A stretch of DNA of 64,000 nt from Chloroflexota bacterium (GTDB lineage: Bacteria; Actinomycetota; Thermoleophilia; Solirubrobacterales; 70-9), in NCBI GenBank assembly GCA_050258095.1, contig JBLMYD010000038.1, positions 3,594 through 67,593 on the forward strand. Direction: 5' to 3'. Shown here piece after piece: positions 26,173 through 34,580 of the stretch (within the stretch, counting starts at the first letter, position 1; every line of letters starts with the position of its first letter). The position numbers and the translations under genes were made by a program. The notes under the pieces were generated by a model. It had not been told where the DNA came from, made no database searches, and saw nothing but the letters and a program-made list of their open reading frames with translations.

Positions 26173-27726
26173 CTATTCCCCGATGCCGACGATCAGCTTC
26201 GCGGTCGCCAGGTCGCCGTCCCTGCCCGTGCCAATGCCGATGTAGCGGATGGCCTTCAGGTAGGGCACCGCTTCCCAGAAACCGGTTTCCGAGCGGGGGA
26301 CGAGAGCGCGCGCGAGCCGCAGGGCCGCCGGCCCGTCGACGAAGCCGCTGATCGGTGTGTCGCCCAGCGCCGCGGCGGCCGCCTTGTATTCGGGGTTGTC
26401 GCTCAGGATCGAGCCTTCCGCTTCGGCGAGGCCCAGCAGCGTCTGCGGCAGGCCGTAGCCGATCGCGAAGCGTTCGCCCTTGGCGGCGACGACCAGCGGC
26501 TTCGGCCCGAGTTCGGAGCTGCGCACCGTGAAGCCGTTCGCCTTGCCGCTCAGCGCCGTCACCCCCGGCGTGCCGGACTGGCGCACGAGCGCGCCGATCG
26601 TCTTGATCGCCGTCGTCACTTCGCTCGAGTCGTTGGTGGTGAAGACCGCGGCCCCGCCGAGGCTGCCCTTGTCGGCGCCGGTGGCGAAGATCCCCATGTC
26701 CTCGATCGAGGTGGCGACCTTGTCGATGTCGAAGCCGAACTGGCTGAAGCCTTTCTTCAGCGCGTGGGGTTCGAACTGGCCGGGAATCCCGTTCTTGTCG
26801 AGCTCGTCGAGCGCTTTGCGGAGCTGCTCGCCGAAGCCCGTGGAGGCGAAGGCGGCGAATGAGTTGCAGGGCAGCGAGCCGAGCATCGCCGAGGCGTCGC
26901 CTTCCGGGGGCGGTTCGCTGCCGGCGTTGGCGCTGACGTCGATCTCGACCTGTTCGGCCCCCGGCAGCACGCTGGCGACCATCGTCGCTTCGTTTGGATT
27001 CAGACCCGCGTTTTCGAAGACCTGCTTCGCGGTCGGGTCGATCGATTCTTCCGAGGCGACGACGATCCCACCGAGGTCGACGTAGACGTCGGCGAGGCTG
27101 CCGTCCGATGCGGCCGAGATCGCGTCCTGGAACTGGGATTCGTCGGCCAGCGATTCGCCGTTGGCCGCCTTGACGGCTTCCGCGAAGCCCTTCTTGCCTT
27201 CGGCGACGACGAGGTTGCCGCCGATCAGGCCGATCGCGTTCCCTTCCGAGCCGCCGACCTCGAATTCGACGCCCCGGAAGGAGCCCTTGCGGTAGGGCTG
27301 ATCGCCCTTGCCGGTCTGCCGATCGACGAATGCTTCGGCGGCTTCGGCATCGGTCACCTGCACGATGAGCACCGGATCGGTGAGCTTCCCGTCCTTGAGC
27401 TTGGCGAAGCCGACCGCCGCCCGTTCGCCGAGCCAGGGCTCGACTTCGGTGGCGAAGTCGAAGGGCTCCCCTTCGTCGCGGGCTTTTTCTTCGAGCTTTT
27501 CGGCGATCAGCCCGCCGAGGCCGTCGACGCCGGCGACCGCCTTCGCGACCGAGTCGACGTTCGACTTCAGCTCGCCGGTCGGCCGCACCGTGCCTTCGAC
27601 GAAGACGAGCGAGCCGGGCGCGGCGAAGCCGGCGAGGTCGGCGCTGGAACCGCCACCGCCGCAGCCGGCGATCGCGACCGCGGCCATGACCGCGAGAACT
27701 GTGAGGACGAAACGGAGCTTTTTCAT
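26173..27726 (-). CDS. Lipoprotein of unknown function (DUF3352-like)
   Basis: ATG 27726 gives MKKLRFVLTVLAVMAAVAIAGCGG (lipobox). 517 aa. The family name is from memory only. Confidence 0.65.
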   Translation of the reverse strand: MKKLRFVLTVLAVMAAVAIAGCGGGGSSADLAGFAAPGSLVFVEGTVRPTGELKSNVDSVAKAVAGVDGLGGLIAEKLEEKARDEGEPFDFATEVEPWLGERAAVGFAKLKDGKLTDPVLIVQVTDAEAAEAFVDRQTGKGDQPYRKGSFRGVEFEVGGSEGNAIGLIGGNLVVAEGKKGFAEAVKAANGESLADESQFQDAISAASDGSLADVYVDLGGIVVASEESIDPTAKQVFENAGLNPNEATMVASVLPGAEQVEIDVSANAGSEPPPEGDASAMLGSLPCNSFAAFASTGFGEQLRKALDELDKNGIPGQFEPHALKKGFSQFGFDIDKVATSIEDMGIFATGADKGSLGGAAVFTTNDSSEVTTAIKTIGALVRQSGTPGVTALSGKANGFTVRSSELGPKPLVVAAKGERFAIGYGLPQTLLGLAEAEGSILSDNPEYKAAAAALGDTPISGFVDGPAALRLARALVPRSETGFWEAVPYLKAIRYIGIGTGRDGDLATAKLIVGIGE

Positions 27727-27776
27727 CGCGCGGCAGACTAGCGACGCGCCAGGCGTCCGCAACGCCGGGTGGACGA

Positions 27777-29636
27777 TCACTCGACGGTGACCGTCTTCGC
27801 CAGGTTGCGCGGCTGGTCGACGTTGAGGCCGCGCTCGCGGGCGATGTAGTAGGCGAGCAGCTGCAGCGGCAGGATCGCGACGATCGGCTGCAGCAGCCAA
27901 TCGGTGCGGGCGACCTCGACCGTGTCGTCGGCGACGTCGTCGACCCGCGTGCAGCCCTCGGTAACCACCGCGATCGTCGAGGCGCCGCGAGCGCGCACCT
28001 CTTCGACGTTGGAGAGGATCTTGTCGAGCACGGGGCTCTCGGTGGCGACGCAGATCACCGGCGTCGACTCGTCGAGCAGGGCGATCGGGCCGTGCTTCAT
28101 CTCTCCCGCCGCGTAGGCGTCGGTCGGGATGTAGGAGATCTCCTTCAGCTTCAGCGCCCCCTCGAGGCAGACCGGCAGGCCGATGTGGCGCCCGAGGTAG
28201 AGGAAGAACTGGCGCTCGCTGCGGCTCGCGGCGACGTCCCGCATGCTCTCCTCGCAGGCGGCCAGAGTCGTCTCGATCTTCGACGGTAGCGACTTCATCT
28301 CGGCGATCAGCTCGGCCAGCTCGGCCGCCGGCAGCGTGCCGCGCAGCTGCGCCAGCCTCAGGCCGAGCAGGTACATCGCCGCCACCTGGGCGACGAACGT
28401 CTTCGTCGCCGCCACGCTCACCTCCGGCCCCGCCCGCGTGTAGAGGACGGTGTCGGCGTCGCGCGTCGCCTGGCTGCCCATCACGTTGGTGATCGTCAGG
28501 ACCTTGGCGCCGTGCTCGCGCGCCAGCCGCATCGCCGCCAGCGTGTCCGCGGTCTCGCCCGACTGGGTGATCCCGATCACGAGATCGCCGGGGCCGATCA
28601 CGGGATTGCGGTAGCGGTACTCGGAGGCGATGTCCATCTCGACCGGGACCCGCGCCCACTCCTCGATCGCGTAGCGGCCGACGAGGCCGGCGTGGTAGGA
28701 GGTGCCGCAGGCGACGATCACGATCCGCCGCAGCGAGCGGAGGAAGTCGTCGTCGAGCTCGACCTCGGAGATGTCGACCGCGTCGTCGCCGGGCAGCCGG
28801 TCGGCGATCGTCTCCGCGACCGCGTCGGCCTGTTCGTGGATCTCCTTCAGCATGAAGGTCTCGTAGCCGCCCTTCTCGGCCGCCGACTCGTCCCAGGAGA
28901 TCTCTTCGGCCTGGCGCTGCACCGGCGCGCCGGCGGCGTCGGTGATGGTCACCCCGGCGGGCTCGATCGTGACGATCTCGTCGTTCTCGATCGCCACCGC
29001 CCGGCGCGTCTCGGCGAGGAAGGCCGGGATCGCCGAGGCGAGGAAGGTCTCGCCCTCGCCGACGCCGGCGACCAGCGGGCACTCGCGACGGGCGCCGACC
29101 AGCCGGCCGGGCTCGTCGCCGTGCATGGCGACGAAGGCGTAATGGCCGCGCAGCTCGGCGAAGGAGGCGCGCACGGCGGCAGTCAGGTCGCCGTCGTAGT
29201 TGCGCTCGATCAGGTGGGCGACGATCTCGGCGTCGGTCTCGGAGCTGAACTCGTGGCCTTCGACGGCGAGCTCGCGGCGCAGGTCGGCGTGGTTCTCGAC
29301 GATCCCGTTGAGGACGATGTGGACGCGGTCCGAGCAGTCGCCGTGCGGGTGCGCGTTCTCCTCGGTGACGCGGCCGTGCGTCGCCCAGCGCGTGTGGGCG
29401 ACGCCGGTGGTGGCGGGCGGCGCGGCGACGGCGACTCCGCCGTCCTCGGCCTGCTGCGCGACGGCGGCGCGCAGGTTCGCCAGGTTGCCGACCGCGCGCA
29501 CGCTGTCGATGCGGCCGTCCTCCTCGATCACCGAGATGCCGGCCGAGTCATAGCCGCGGTACTCGAGCTTCTCCAGACCGGCGACGAGGATGTCGCGGCA
29601 TGGGCGCTCACCTACGTATCCGACGATTCCGCACAT
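27777..29636 (-). CDS. glmS: Glutamine--fructose-6-phosphate aminotransferase
   Basis: The internal ATG at 29636 gives MCGIVGYVGERP.. (N-terminal nucleophile Cys). Two SIS domains; the C-terminus is ..NLAKTVTVE. Confidence 0.95.
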   Translation of the reverse strand: MCGIVGYVGERPCRDILVAGLEKLEYRGYDSAGISVIEEDGRIDSVRAVGNLANLRAAVAQQAEDGGVAVAAPPATTGVAHTRWATHGRVTEENAHPHGDCSDRVHIVLNGIVENHADLRRELAVEGHEFSSETDAEIVAHLIERNYDGDLTAAVRASFAELRGHYAFVAMHGDEPGRLVGARRECPLVAGVGEGETFLASAIPAFLAETRRAVAIENDEIVTIEPAGVTITDAAGAPVQRQAEEISWDESAAEKGGYETFMLKEIHEQADAVAETIADRLPGDDAVDISEVELDDDFLRSLRRIVIVACGTSYHAGLVGRYAIEEWARVPVEMDIASEYRYRNPVIGPGDLVIGITQSGETADTLAAMRLAREHGAKVLTITNVMGSQATRDADTVLYTRAGPEVSVAATKTFVAQVAAMYLLGLRLAQLRGTLPAAELAELIAEMKSLPSKIETTLAACEESMRDVAASRSERQFFLYLGRHIGLPVCLEGALKLKEISYIPTDAYAAGEMKHGPIALLDESTPVICVATESPVLDKILSNVEEVRARGASTIAVVTEGCTRVDDVADDTVEVARTDWLLQPIVAILPLQLLAYYIARERGLNVDQPRNLAKTVTVE

Positions 29637-29663
29637 TGAGGGAGGCGAGTAAGGGTAGAGGGT

Positions 29664-29739
29664 GGGATGCCTGATGCCCTTCCCCAAACGCTCGGCGGGA
29701 GCCTCGCTTGAGTGTTTGGGGAGGGGCATCAGGCATCCC
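29664..29739. repeat. Long hairpin H1: 30-bp stem (two T-G pairs), 16-nt loop
   Basis: Left arm gggatgcctgatgcccttccccaaacgctc, loop ggcgggagcctcgctt, right arm gagtgtttggggaggggcatcaggcatccc. Lies in the glmM-glmS spacer. Confidence 0.85.
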
Positions 29740-29800
29740 TTGACAGGGCACAAGCTTCGTCAAGCTTGATGCCGGCTTCGCGACCTGGGCTTCCCCGCGG

Positions 29801-29872
29801 TGTGTGGCCTTGGGGGTCCTTCCCCAGGAACTCCCGCGAAGCGGCCTGGGGAAGGACCCCCAAGGCCACACA
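29801..29872. repeat. Long hairpin H2: 28-bp perfect stem, 16-nt loop
   Basis: Left arm tgtgtggccttgggggtccttccccagg, loop aactcccgcgaagcgg, right arm cctggggaaggacccccaaggccacaca. Ends 9 nt from the glmM stop. Confidence 0.85.
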
Positions 29873-29880
29873 GAACTGGC

Positions 29881-31221
29881 TCAGGACAGCTCTCGGCGCA
29901 CGATCGCGACCAGCCGCTCGCAGACGGCCTCAGCCTCCTCGGCGCTCGGCGCCTCCGCCATCACCCTGACGAGGGGCTCGGTGCCGGACGGGCGCAGCAG
30001 GACCCGACCGCGCCCCTCGAGCGCGGCCCCCTCGCTCTCGACCGCCTCCCAGACCGCGGTCGCGCCGGCGATCGCGTCGCGGTCGGCGACCTCGACGTTG
30101 ACCAGGGTCTGCGGCAGCTTCTCCATCGGCGCCGCCGCCTCCAGCCCGTTGCCGTCGAGCTCGCGCATCGTCGCCAGCGCGGCGGCGATGCCGTCGCCGG
30201 TCGCGGCGAAGCGGGTGTCGATGATGTGGCCCGACTGCTCGCCGCCCAGCGACCAGCCGCGCTCGCGCAACTCGTCGAGCACGTAGCGGTCGCCGACCTT
30301 GGTCGTCGCGACCTCGATCCCGGCCCCCGCCATCGCCTTGTGGAAACCGTAGTTGCTCATCACGGTGACGGCGATGCCGCCGTCCAGCTCGCCGCGGGCG
30401 GCCATGCCGCGGCCGATCAGGGCGATCAGCTCGTCGCCGTCGTGCGTCCGGCCCGTCCCGTCGACGGCGAGGACGCGGTCGCCGTCGCCGTCGAAGGCGA
30501 AGCCGATCGTCGCCTCGGACCCGGCGATCGCGCTCGCCAGCGTGGCGAGGTCGGTCGAGCCGCAGCCGTCGTTGATGTTGCGCCCGTCGGGCTCGGCGGC
30601 GAGCGTCTCGACCTCGGCCCCGAGCCGCTCGAAGATCGCCGGCGCGGCGCGGAACGTGGCGCCGTTGGCGCAGTCGAGCATCACCCGCCGACCGGAGAGA
30701 TCGAGCGGGAAGTGCGCCTCTAGCGCGCGCAGGTAGTCCTCGAGGCCGCCGTCCAGCTCCCGCACCCGCCCGGGTGCTGTCGCCATTTCATCCGCATCGC
30801 GGTCGAGATGACGACCGCGGTCGGGGAGGTGGGACTCGATCCGCGCCTCGGTCGCGTCGTCGAGCTTGGTCCCCTGTGCCGAGAAGAACTTGATGCCGTT
30901 GTCGCCGTAGGGATTGTGGGAGGCGGAGACGACGACGGCGAGGTCGAGCCCGAGGCGCTTGACGAGGATCGCCGCGGCCGGCGTCGGCAGGACGCCGCCG
31001 AGCAGCGCGTCGCCGCCGCCCGCCGCGATGCCGGCGGCGAGGGCGGACTCGAGCATCGGGCCGGACTCGCGCGTGTCGCGCACGATCAACACCTGCGGCC
31101 GCGGCGGGGCCAGCGAGGCGACTGCGGCGCGTCCCAACGAGGTCGCCAGCTCCGCAGTCAGGAAGGTGCCGACCTCTCCTCGGACCCCGTCGGTTCCGAA
31201 GAGCTTTCGCTCCGCCGTCAC
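29881..31221 (-). CDS. glmM: Phosphoglucosamine mutase
   Basis: 446 aa with FGTDGVRG and the phosphoserine loop SASHNPYGDNGIK. Confidence 0.95.
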   Translation of the reverse strand: MTAERKLFGTDGVRGEVGTFLTAELATSLGRAAVASLAPPRPQVLIVRDTRESGPMLESALAAGIAAGGGDALLGGVLPTPAAAILVKRLGLDLAVVVSASHNPYGDNGIKFFSAQGTKLDDATEARIESHLPDRGRHLDRDADEMATAPGRVRELDGGLEDYLRALEAHFPLDLSGRRVMLDCANGATFRAAPAIFERLGAEVETLAAEPDGRNINDGCGSTDLATLASAIAGSEATIGFAFDGDGDRVLAVDGTGRTHDGDELIALIGRGMAARGELDGGIAVTVMSNYGFHKAMAGAGIEVATTKVGDRYVLDELRERGWSLGGEQSGHIIDTRFAATGDGIAAALATMRELDGNGLEAAAPMEKLPQTLVNVEVADRDAIAGATAVWEAVESEGAALEGRGRVLLRPSGTEPLVRVMAEAPSAEEAEAVCERLVAIVRRELS

Positions 31222-31231
31222 CAGGGACGCC

Positions 31232-32143
31232 TCAGCGCTTCGAGAACTGCGGCCGCTTGCGGGCCTTCTTAAGCCCGGCCTTGCGGCGCTCCTTGGCCCG
31301 GGCGTCGCGGGTCAGGAAGCCGCGCCGCTTGAGCTCGCCCCGCAGCTCCGGATCGACCTTGGTCAGGGCGCGGGCGATGCCGTGGCGGACGGCGCCGGCC
31401 TGGCCGCTGATGCCGCCACCGTGGACGCGCACGCGCACGTCGACGGTCTTCTCGTAGCCGGTGGTCGTCAGCGGCTGGCGCACCGTCGTCTGGTGCAACG
31501 GCCGCGGGAAGAACTCCGCCAGCTCGCGCTTGTTGACTTCGATCTTGCCCTTGCCGGGCAGCACGGTCACGCGGGCGATCGAGGTCTTGCGCTTGCCGGT
31601 CGCCAGGTAGCGGGCGTCGCCTTCCATCTTCGCCGGCGTGCGACTAGCCGCCTTCGGCTCCTCCTCGGCCTCGCCGACCAGAGCCGCCTCGCGCTGGGCC
31701 CGCTCTTCCTCTTCGGCTTCGATCCGCGCCTGCTCCTCGGCGCTGAGCGGCCGCTCCTCGGGCTCGACCGCGATCGGCTCCAGATCCGCCCCCGGAATCA
31801 CATCCTTCTTCTTCTCCTCCACCTCGGGCTTCTCGGGCGCGGGCTTCTTAGCCCTCTCCTCGGCATCGGACTCCTCCTCCGCCACAGGCTCCCCCTCATC
31901 CGCCCCGGACCCCTCAGCTTCTCCCTCCTCAGACTCCTCGACGACTTCACCTTCGGCCTCAGCCGCCTCGACCTGGGATTCCTCAGCCGCCTCTCCCGCG
32001 GGTGGTGTCGAGGATGGGGAGTCGCCCGCAGCTTGCGAGGACGACTCGCCATCCTCGGCGACAGGACCCGCGGGCGAATCCGCTGGTCCCTCAACCGAAG
32101 CCTCGTCCTGCCCCGAAGTCTCTTTGCTCTCGTCGTCGATCAA
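31232..32143 (-). CDS. rpsI: 30S ribosomal protein S9, possibly with a 172-aa acidic N-terminal extension
   Basis: The C-terminal 130 aa are canonical (..[45 protein letters not shown]). TTG 32143 overlaps the rplM TGA (TTGA). An alternative internal ATG lies at 31627. Confidence 0.85.
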   Translation of the reverse strand: MIDDESKETSGQDEASVEGPADSPAGPVAEDGESSSQAAGDSPSSTPPAGEAAEESQVEAAEAEGEVVEESEEGEAEGSGADEGEPVAEEESDAEERAKKPAPEKPEVEEKKKDVIPGADLEPIAVEPEERPLSAEEQARIEAEEEERAQREAALVGEAEEEPKAASRTPAKMEGDARYLATGKRKTSIARVTVLPGKGKIEVNKRELAEFFPRPLHQTTVRQPLTTTGYEKTVDVRVRVHGGGISGQAGAVRHGIARALTKVDPELRGELKRRGFLTRDARAKERRKAGLKKARKRPQFSKR

Positions 32144-32586
32144 GTCTGAATCTCCATCGGTTTGGGCTGCTGCGCAGCATGCGGGTGCTCAGGCCCGGCG
32201 TACACCTTGAGCTTGGTCAGCTGCCGGCGGGCGAGCCGGTTGCGGGGAAGCATCCCCTTGACGGCCTTGCGAATGACCTCCTCGGGCCGCCGCTCGAGCA
32301 TCTCGGCCAGCGTACGCGACTTGATCCCGCCCGGGTAGCCGCTGTGGCGCCAGTAGCGCTTCTGCGCCAGCTTGTCGCCGGTGACGCGGATCTTCTCGGC
32401 GTTGACGACGACGATGAAGTCACCCGTGTCGACGTGCGGCGTGTACTCGGGCTTGCGCTTGCCGCGCAGGGCGTCGGCGATGCGCGTGGCCAGGCGCCCG
32501 AGCGTCTGGCCCTCGGCGTCGACCAGATACCAGTCGCGCCGGCGGTCTGCGGCTGTGGCTACGTAGGTCTTCACAAGCCGGCGCAT
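32140..32586 (-). CDS. rplM: 50S ribosomal protein L13
   Basis: 148 aa: ..[38 protein letters not shown]... Confidence 0.95.
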   Translation of the reverse strand: MRRLVKTYVATAADRRRDWYLVDAEGQTLGRLATRIADALRGKRKPEYTPHVDTGDFIVVVNAEKIRVTGDKLAQKRYWRHSGYPGGIKSRTLAEMLERRPEEVIRKAVKGMLPRNRLARRQLTKLKVYAGPEHPHAAQQPKPMEIQT

Positions 32587-32630
32587 GATAGGGGACTCCG
32601 GCCGCAGGCGTGGCTATACTGCCGCGCCAG

Positions 32631-32772
32631 CAACGCCGAGTCCCGGCTGCATGGATGGCCGGGGGCGGAGGAACCGAAGGAGCCGTTGCAGGTTCCGGGG
32701 GCGAATGGGCCGAACAGAGCCCTAGCGCATCTCTTTCAGCGCGAGCCCGACAGCTAACTCCGTAGGCGAATC
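32631..32772 (+). promoter_or_regulatory. c-di-AMP riboswitch (ydaO-yuaA motif) in the leader of the M23 peptidase gene
   Basis: The 3' half GCCCGACAGCUAACUCCGUAGGCGAAUCGAAAGAGAGGG resembles my recollection of the B. subtilis ydaO element (CCCGAAUCCGUCAGCUAACCUCGUAAGCGUUCGAAAGGAGAGG). G-rich segments GGGGGCGGAGGAACC and GGGGGCGAAUGGG sit where GCGGGGGACCCA and GGGGUGAAUCC occur. CGCC/GGCG forms a closing helix. A TATACT -10-like hexamer lies at 32615-32620. The element ends about 15 nt before the GTG start. Confidence 0.65.
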
Positions 32773-32786
32773 GAAAGAGAGGGCAC

Positions 32787-33725
32787 GTGGCGCTTAAGTT
32801 TGCCGGGCCTTGGTCAAAGGGAAGCTCGATCTTCATCGCAGCGTCGGTGGCGCTGCTGGCTGCCGCCTGCACTGCGTCGGCGGTTACCGGCGGCGCGCCG
32901 ACGTCGGCCGGCTCGCCGCCGTCCCCGGGCAGCCAGAGCGGCTCTCCCAGCGAAGACCCCAGCGCCGGCGCGCTGCGCCTGATCCTGGCCAGGACGACTC
33001 CCCGCAGGTCCTTCTACTACGGCTATCGCTACCCCAAGCTCGTCTTCGAAATCGCCAGCACCCAGAGCCAGAACGACCTGCGCATCGACGTCGTCGACGC
33101 GGCCGGGGAAAGCGTCCGCACCTTCTTCCGCAACGACGTGCCGCCGCGCGAACGCGTTCGCATCCGCTGGGACGGAACCGGCAGCAGCGGCCGCCCGGCC
33201 CCGAACGGTCGCTACACCTTCCAGGTCTCCTCGCAGGCGGGCGCGGTGGCGACCCAGTCCGCGACTCCCTCGCAAGCGATCGATCCCCGCTTCGCCTTCT
33301 TCGGATACGCGTTCCCGGTCCTCGGCCCGCACGACTTCGGCGGCGCGGCAGCCCGCTTCGGCGCGCCGCGCGCGGGTCACACCCACCAGGGCCAGGACAT
33401 CATGGCGCGCTGCGGGCAGATCGAGGTCGCCGCTCGGGGCGGCAAAGTCCAGTACGCGGGCTACGAGGCCAACGCCGGCAACTACATCGTCATCGACGGC
33501 AAGGGCACCGGCTTCGACTTCATGTACGCGCACCTGGCGCGGCCCTCGCCGCTGAAGACCGGCGACCCGGTCCGCACCGGCCAGCCGATCGGCATCGTCG
33601 GCCAGACCGGCGACGCGACCGCCTGCCACCTCCACTTCGAGATGTGGACCGCTCCCGGCTGGTACGAGGGCGGCAGCCCGATCGACCCGCTTCCCTACCT
33701 GCAGCGCTGGGACCGCTACAGCTGA
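32787..33725 (+). CDS. M23 (LytM-type) metallopeptidase lipoprotein with an Ig-like N-terminal domain
   Basis: Signal/lipobox ..LLAAACTAS, then RIRWDGTGSSGRPAPNGRYTF (FlgD-Ig-like). M23 motifs HTHQGQD (HxxxD) and CHLHFE (HxH). Confidence 0.85.
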   Translation: MALKFAGPWSKGSSIFIAASVALLAAACTASAVTGGAPTSAGSPPSPGSQSGSPSEDPSAGALRLILARTTPRRSFYYGYRYPKLVFEIASTQSQNDLRIDVVDAAGESVRTFFRNDVPPRERVRIRWDGTGSSGRPAPNGRYTFQVSSQAGAVATQSATPSQAIDPRFAFFGYAFPVLGPHDFGGAAARFGAPRAGHTHQGQDIMARCGQIEVAARGGKVQYAGYEANAGNYIVIDGKGTGFDFMYAHLARPSPLKTGDPVRTGQPIGIVGQTGDATACHLHFEMWTAPGWYEGGSPIDPLPYLQRWDRYS

Positions 33726-34504
33726 CGCGCTTCGAGCAGCGCCAGCGCTACGGCGACCGGCACCGTCGCCGGCAGCTCGTCGACCGCAAAGAAGAGCAAA
33801 TCGAAGCCCAGCGCCAGCACCGCCACCAACCCCGCCCCAACCCACTGCCGACGGGCCGATTTCCGTCGATATGCGTCGGTTTTCGTCCCGTCGGCGGCAA
33901 GGAGGCAACCGACGAGGGCGGCGATGAAGAGGTCGCCGAAGCCCATCTGGGCGTGGCCGAAGTGGATGGCCTGCAGGGCCGGTAGTCCCGCCCCGGGAAC
34001 CGCGGCGCTGAGGACGGCGTTGGGGCCCTGGAGCAGGTCGGCAGACACGTAGATCGTGTCGACGATCGCCATCGCGTAGACGCCGAGGCGCAGCCAGGAG
34101 GCAGGCACCGCGCAGACGAGCAGCCAGCCGAGGGCGATGCAGGCGAGACCCGAGAGCGCGGTCGCAGCCGCCTCGCCGGCCAGCGAACCGGGCGCGGTCC
34201 AGGCGAGGGCGAAGAGCGGCAGCGCTCCCCAGCCCCAGGTCGGCGTCGAGCGGTGAACCAACGCGCCAAGCGCAAATGCCGCCAGCGGCGGCACCACGAC
34301 CAACGCCAGGTACGACAACCACGTCGCCGAGCTCGATTCGAGTTCGACCACCCCGATCACGAGCGCGATCGACCCCGCCGGGATCAGCGCCCACCACGGG
34401 CTCCCCAGCCCCGCCATCCACGCCGGTCGCGCCCTCGCCCGCGGCAGCGCCACCAGCGCCGCCTGCACCAGGCCGAGGACCGCTATCGAAATCGCGAAGG
34501 GCAT
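33716..34504 (-). CDS. Polytopic membrane protein resembling GxGD intramembrane aspartyl proteases (presenilin/SPP-like)
   Basis: 262 aa with 8-9 TM helices. AIVDTIYVSADLLQGPN compares with presenilin YDLVAVLCPKGPL. MGFGDLFIAALVG is a GxGD motif. DELPATVPV is PAL-like. Assigned from motif pattern only. Confidence 0.5.
   Translation of the reverse strand: MPFAISIAVLGLVQAALVALPRARARPAWMAGLGSPWWALIPAGSIALVIGVVELESSSATWLSYLALVVVPPLAAFALGALVHRSTPTWGWGALPLFALAWTAPGSLAGEAAATALSGLACIALGWLLVCAVPASWLRLGVYAMAIVDTIYVSADLLQGPNAVLSAAVPGAGLPALQAIHFGHAQMGFGDLFIAALVGCLLAADGTKTDAYRRKSARRQWVGAGLVAVLALGFDLLFFAVDELPATVPVAVALALLEARQL
33847..33895. repeat. 49-nt palindromic repeat, copy B, inside the coding sequence of 33716..34504
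   Basis: gccgacgggccgatttccgtcgatatgcgtcggttttcgtcccgtcggc. It is translated in frame as ..AADGTKTDAYRRKSARRQ.. in the loop between the GxGD and PAL-like helices. Confidence 0.8.
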
Positions 34505-34518
34505 CCGCCCCGACCCTA

Positions 34519-34570
34519 GGACGTGCCGTCACCCAGGTGCCTAAAAAGGCACTCCCTGGCCGGCACGTCC
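34519..34570. repeat. 52-nt conserved hairpin element, copy 1
   Basis: ggacgtgccg-N14-aaaaaggcac-N8-cggcacgtcc. The arms, centre and spacing are the same as at 53497-53548. Confidence 0.75.
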
Positions 34571-34580
34571 GGCGGAGGGC

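Noticed and set aside
29637-29880. Possible glmS ribozyme upstream of glmS.
   Set aside because: The spacer consists of two near-perfect palindromes and I could not recognise the conserved ribozyme core. A covariance search (Rfam glmS model) would settle it.
29608-29969. ORFs 29608..29871 (-) and 29712..29969 (+) with mirrored peptide content.
   Set aside because: They are generated by reading through the two long palindromes on both strands. They have no start context or coding bias.
34541-34570. Sigma-54 promoter (GGCAC core) within the 52-nt elements at 34.5 kb and 53.5 kb.
   Set aside because: No TTGC element at the required spacing after GGCAC. The GGCAC is part of the inverted arms.
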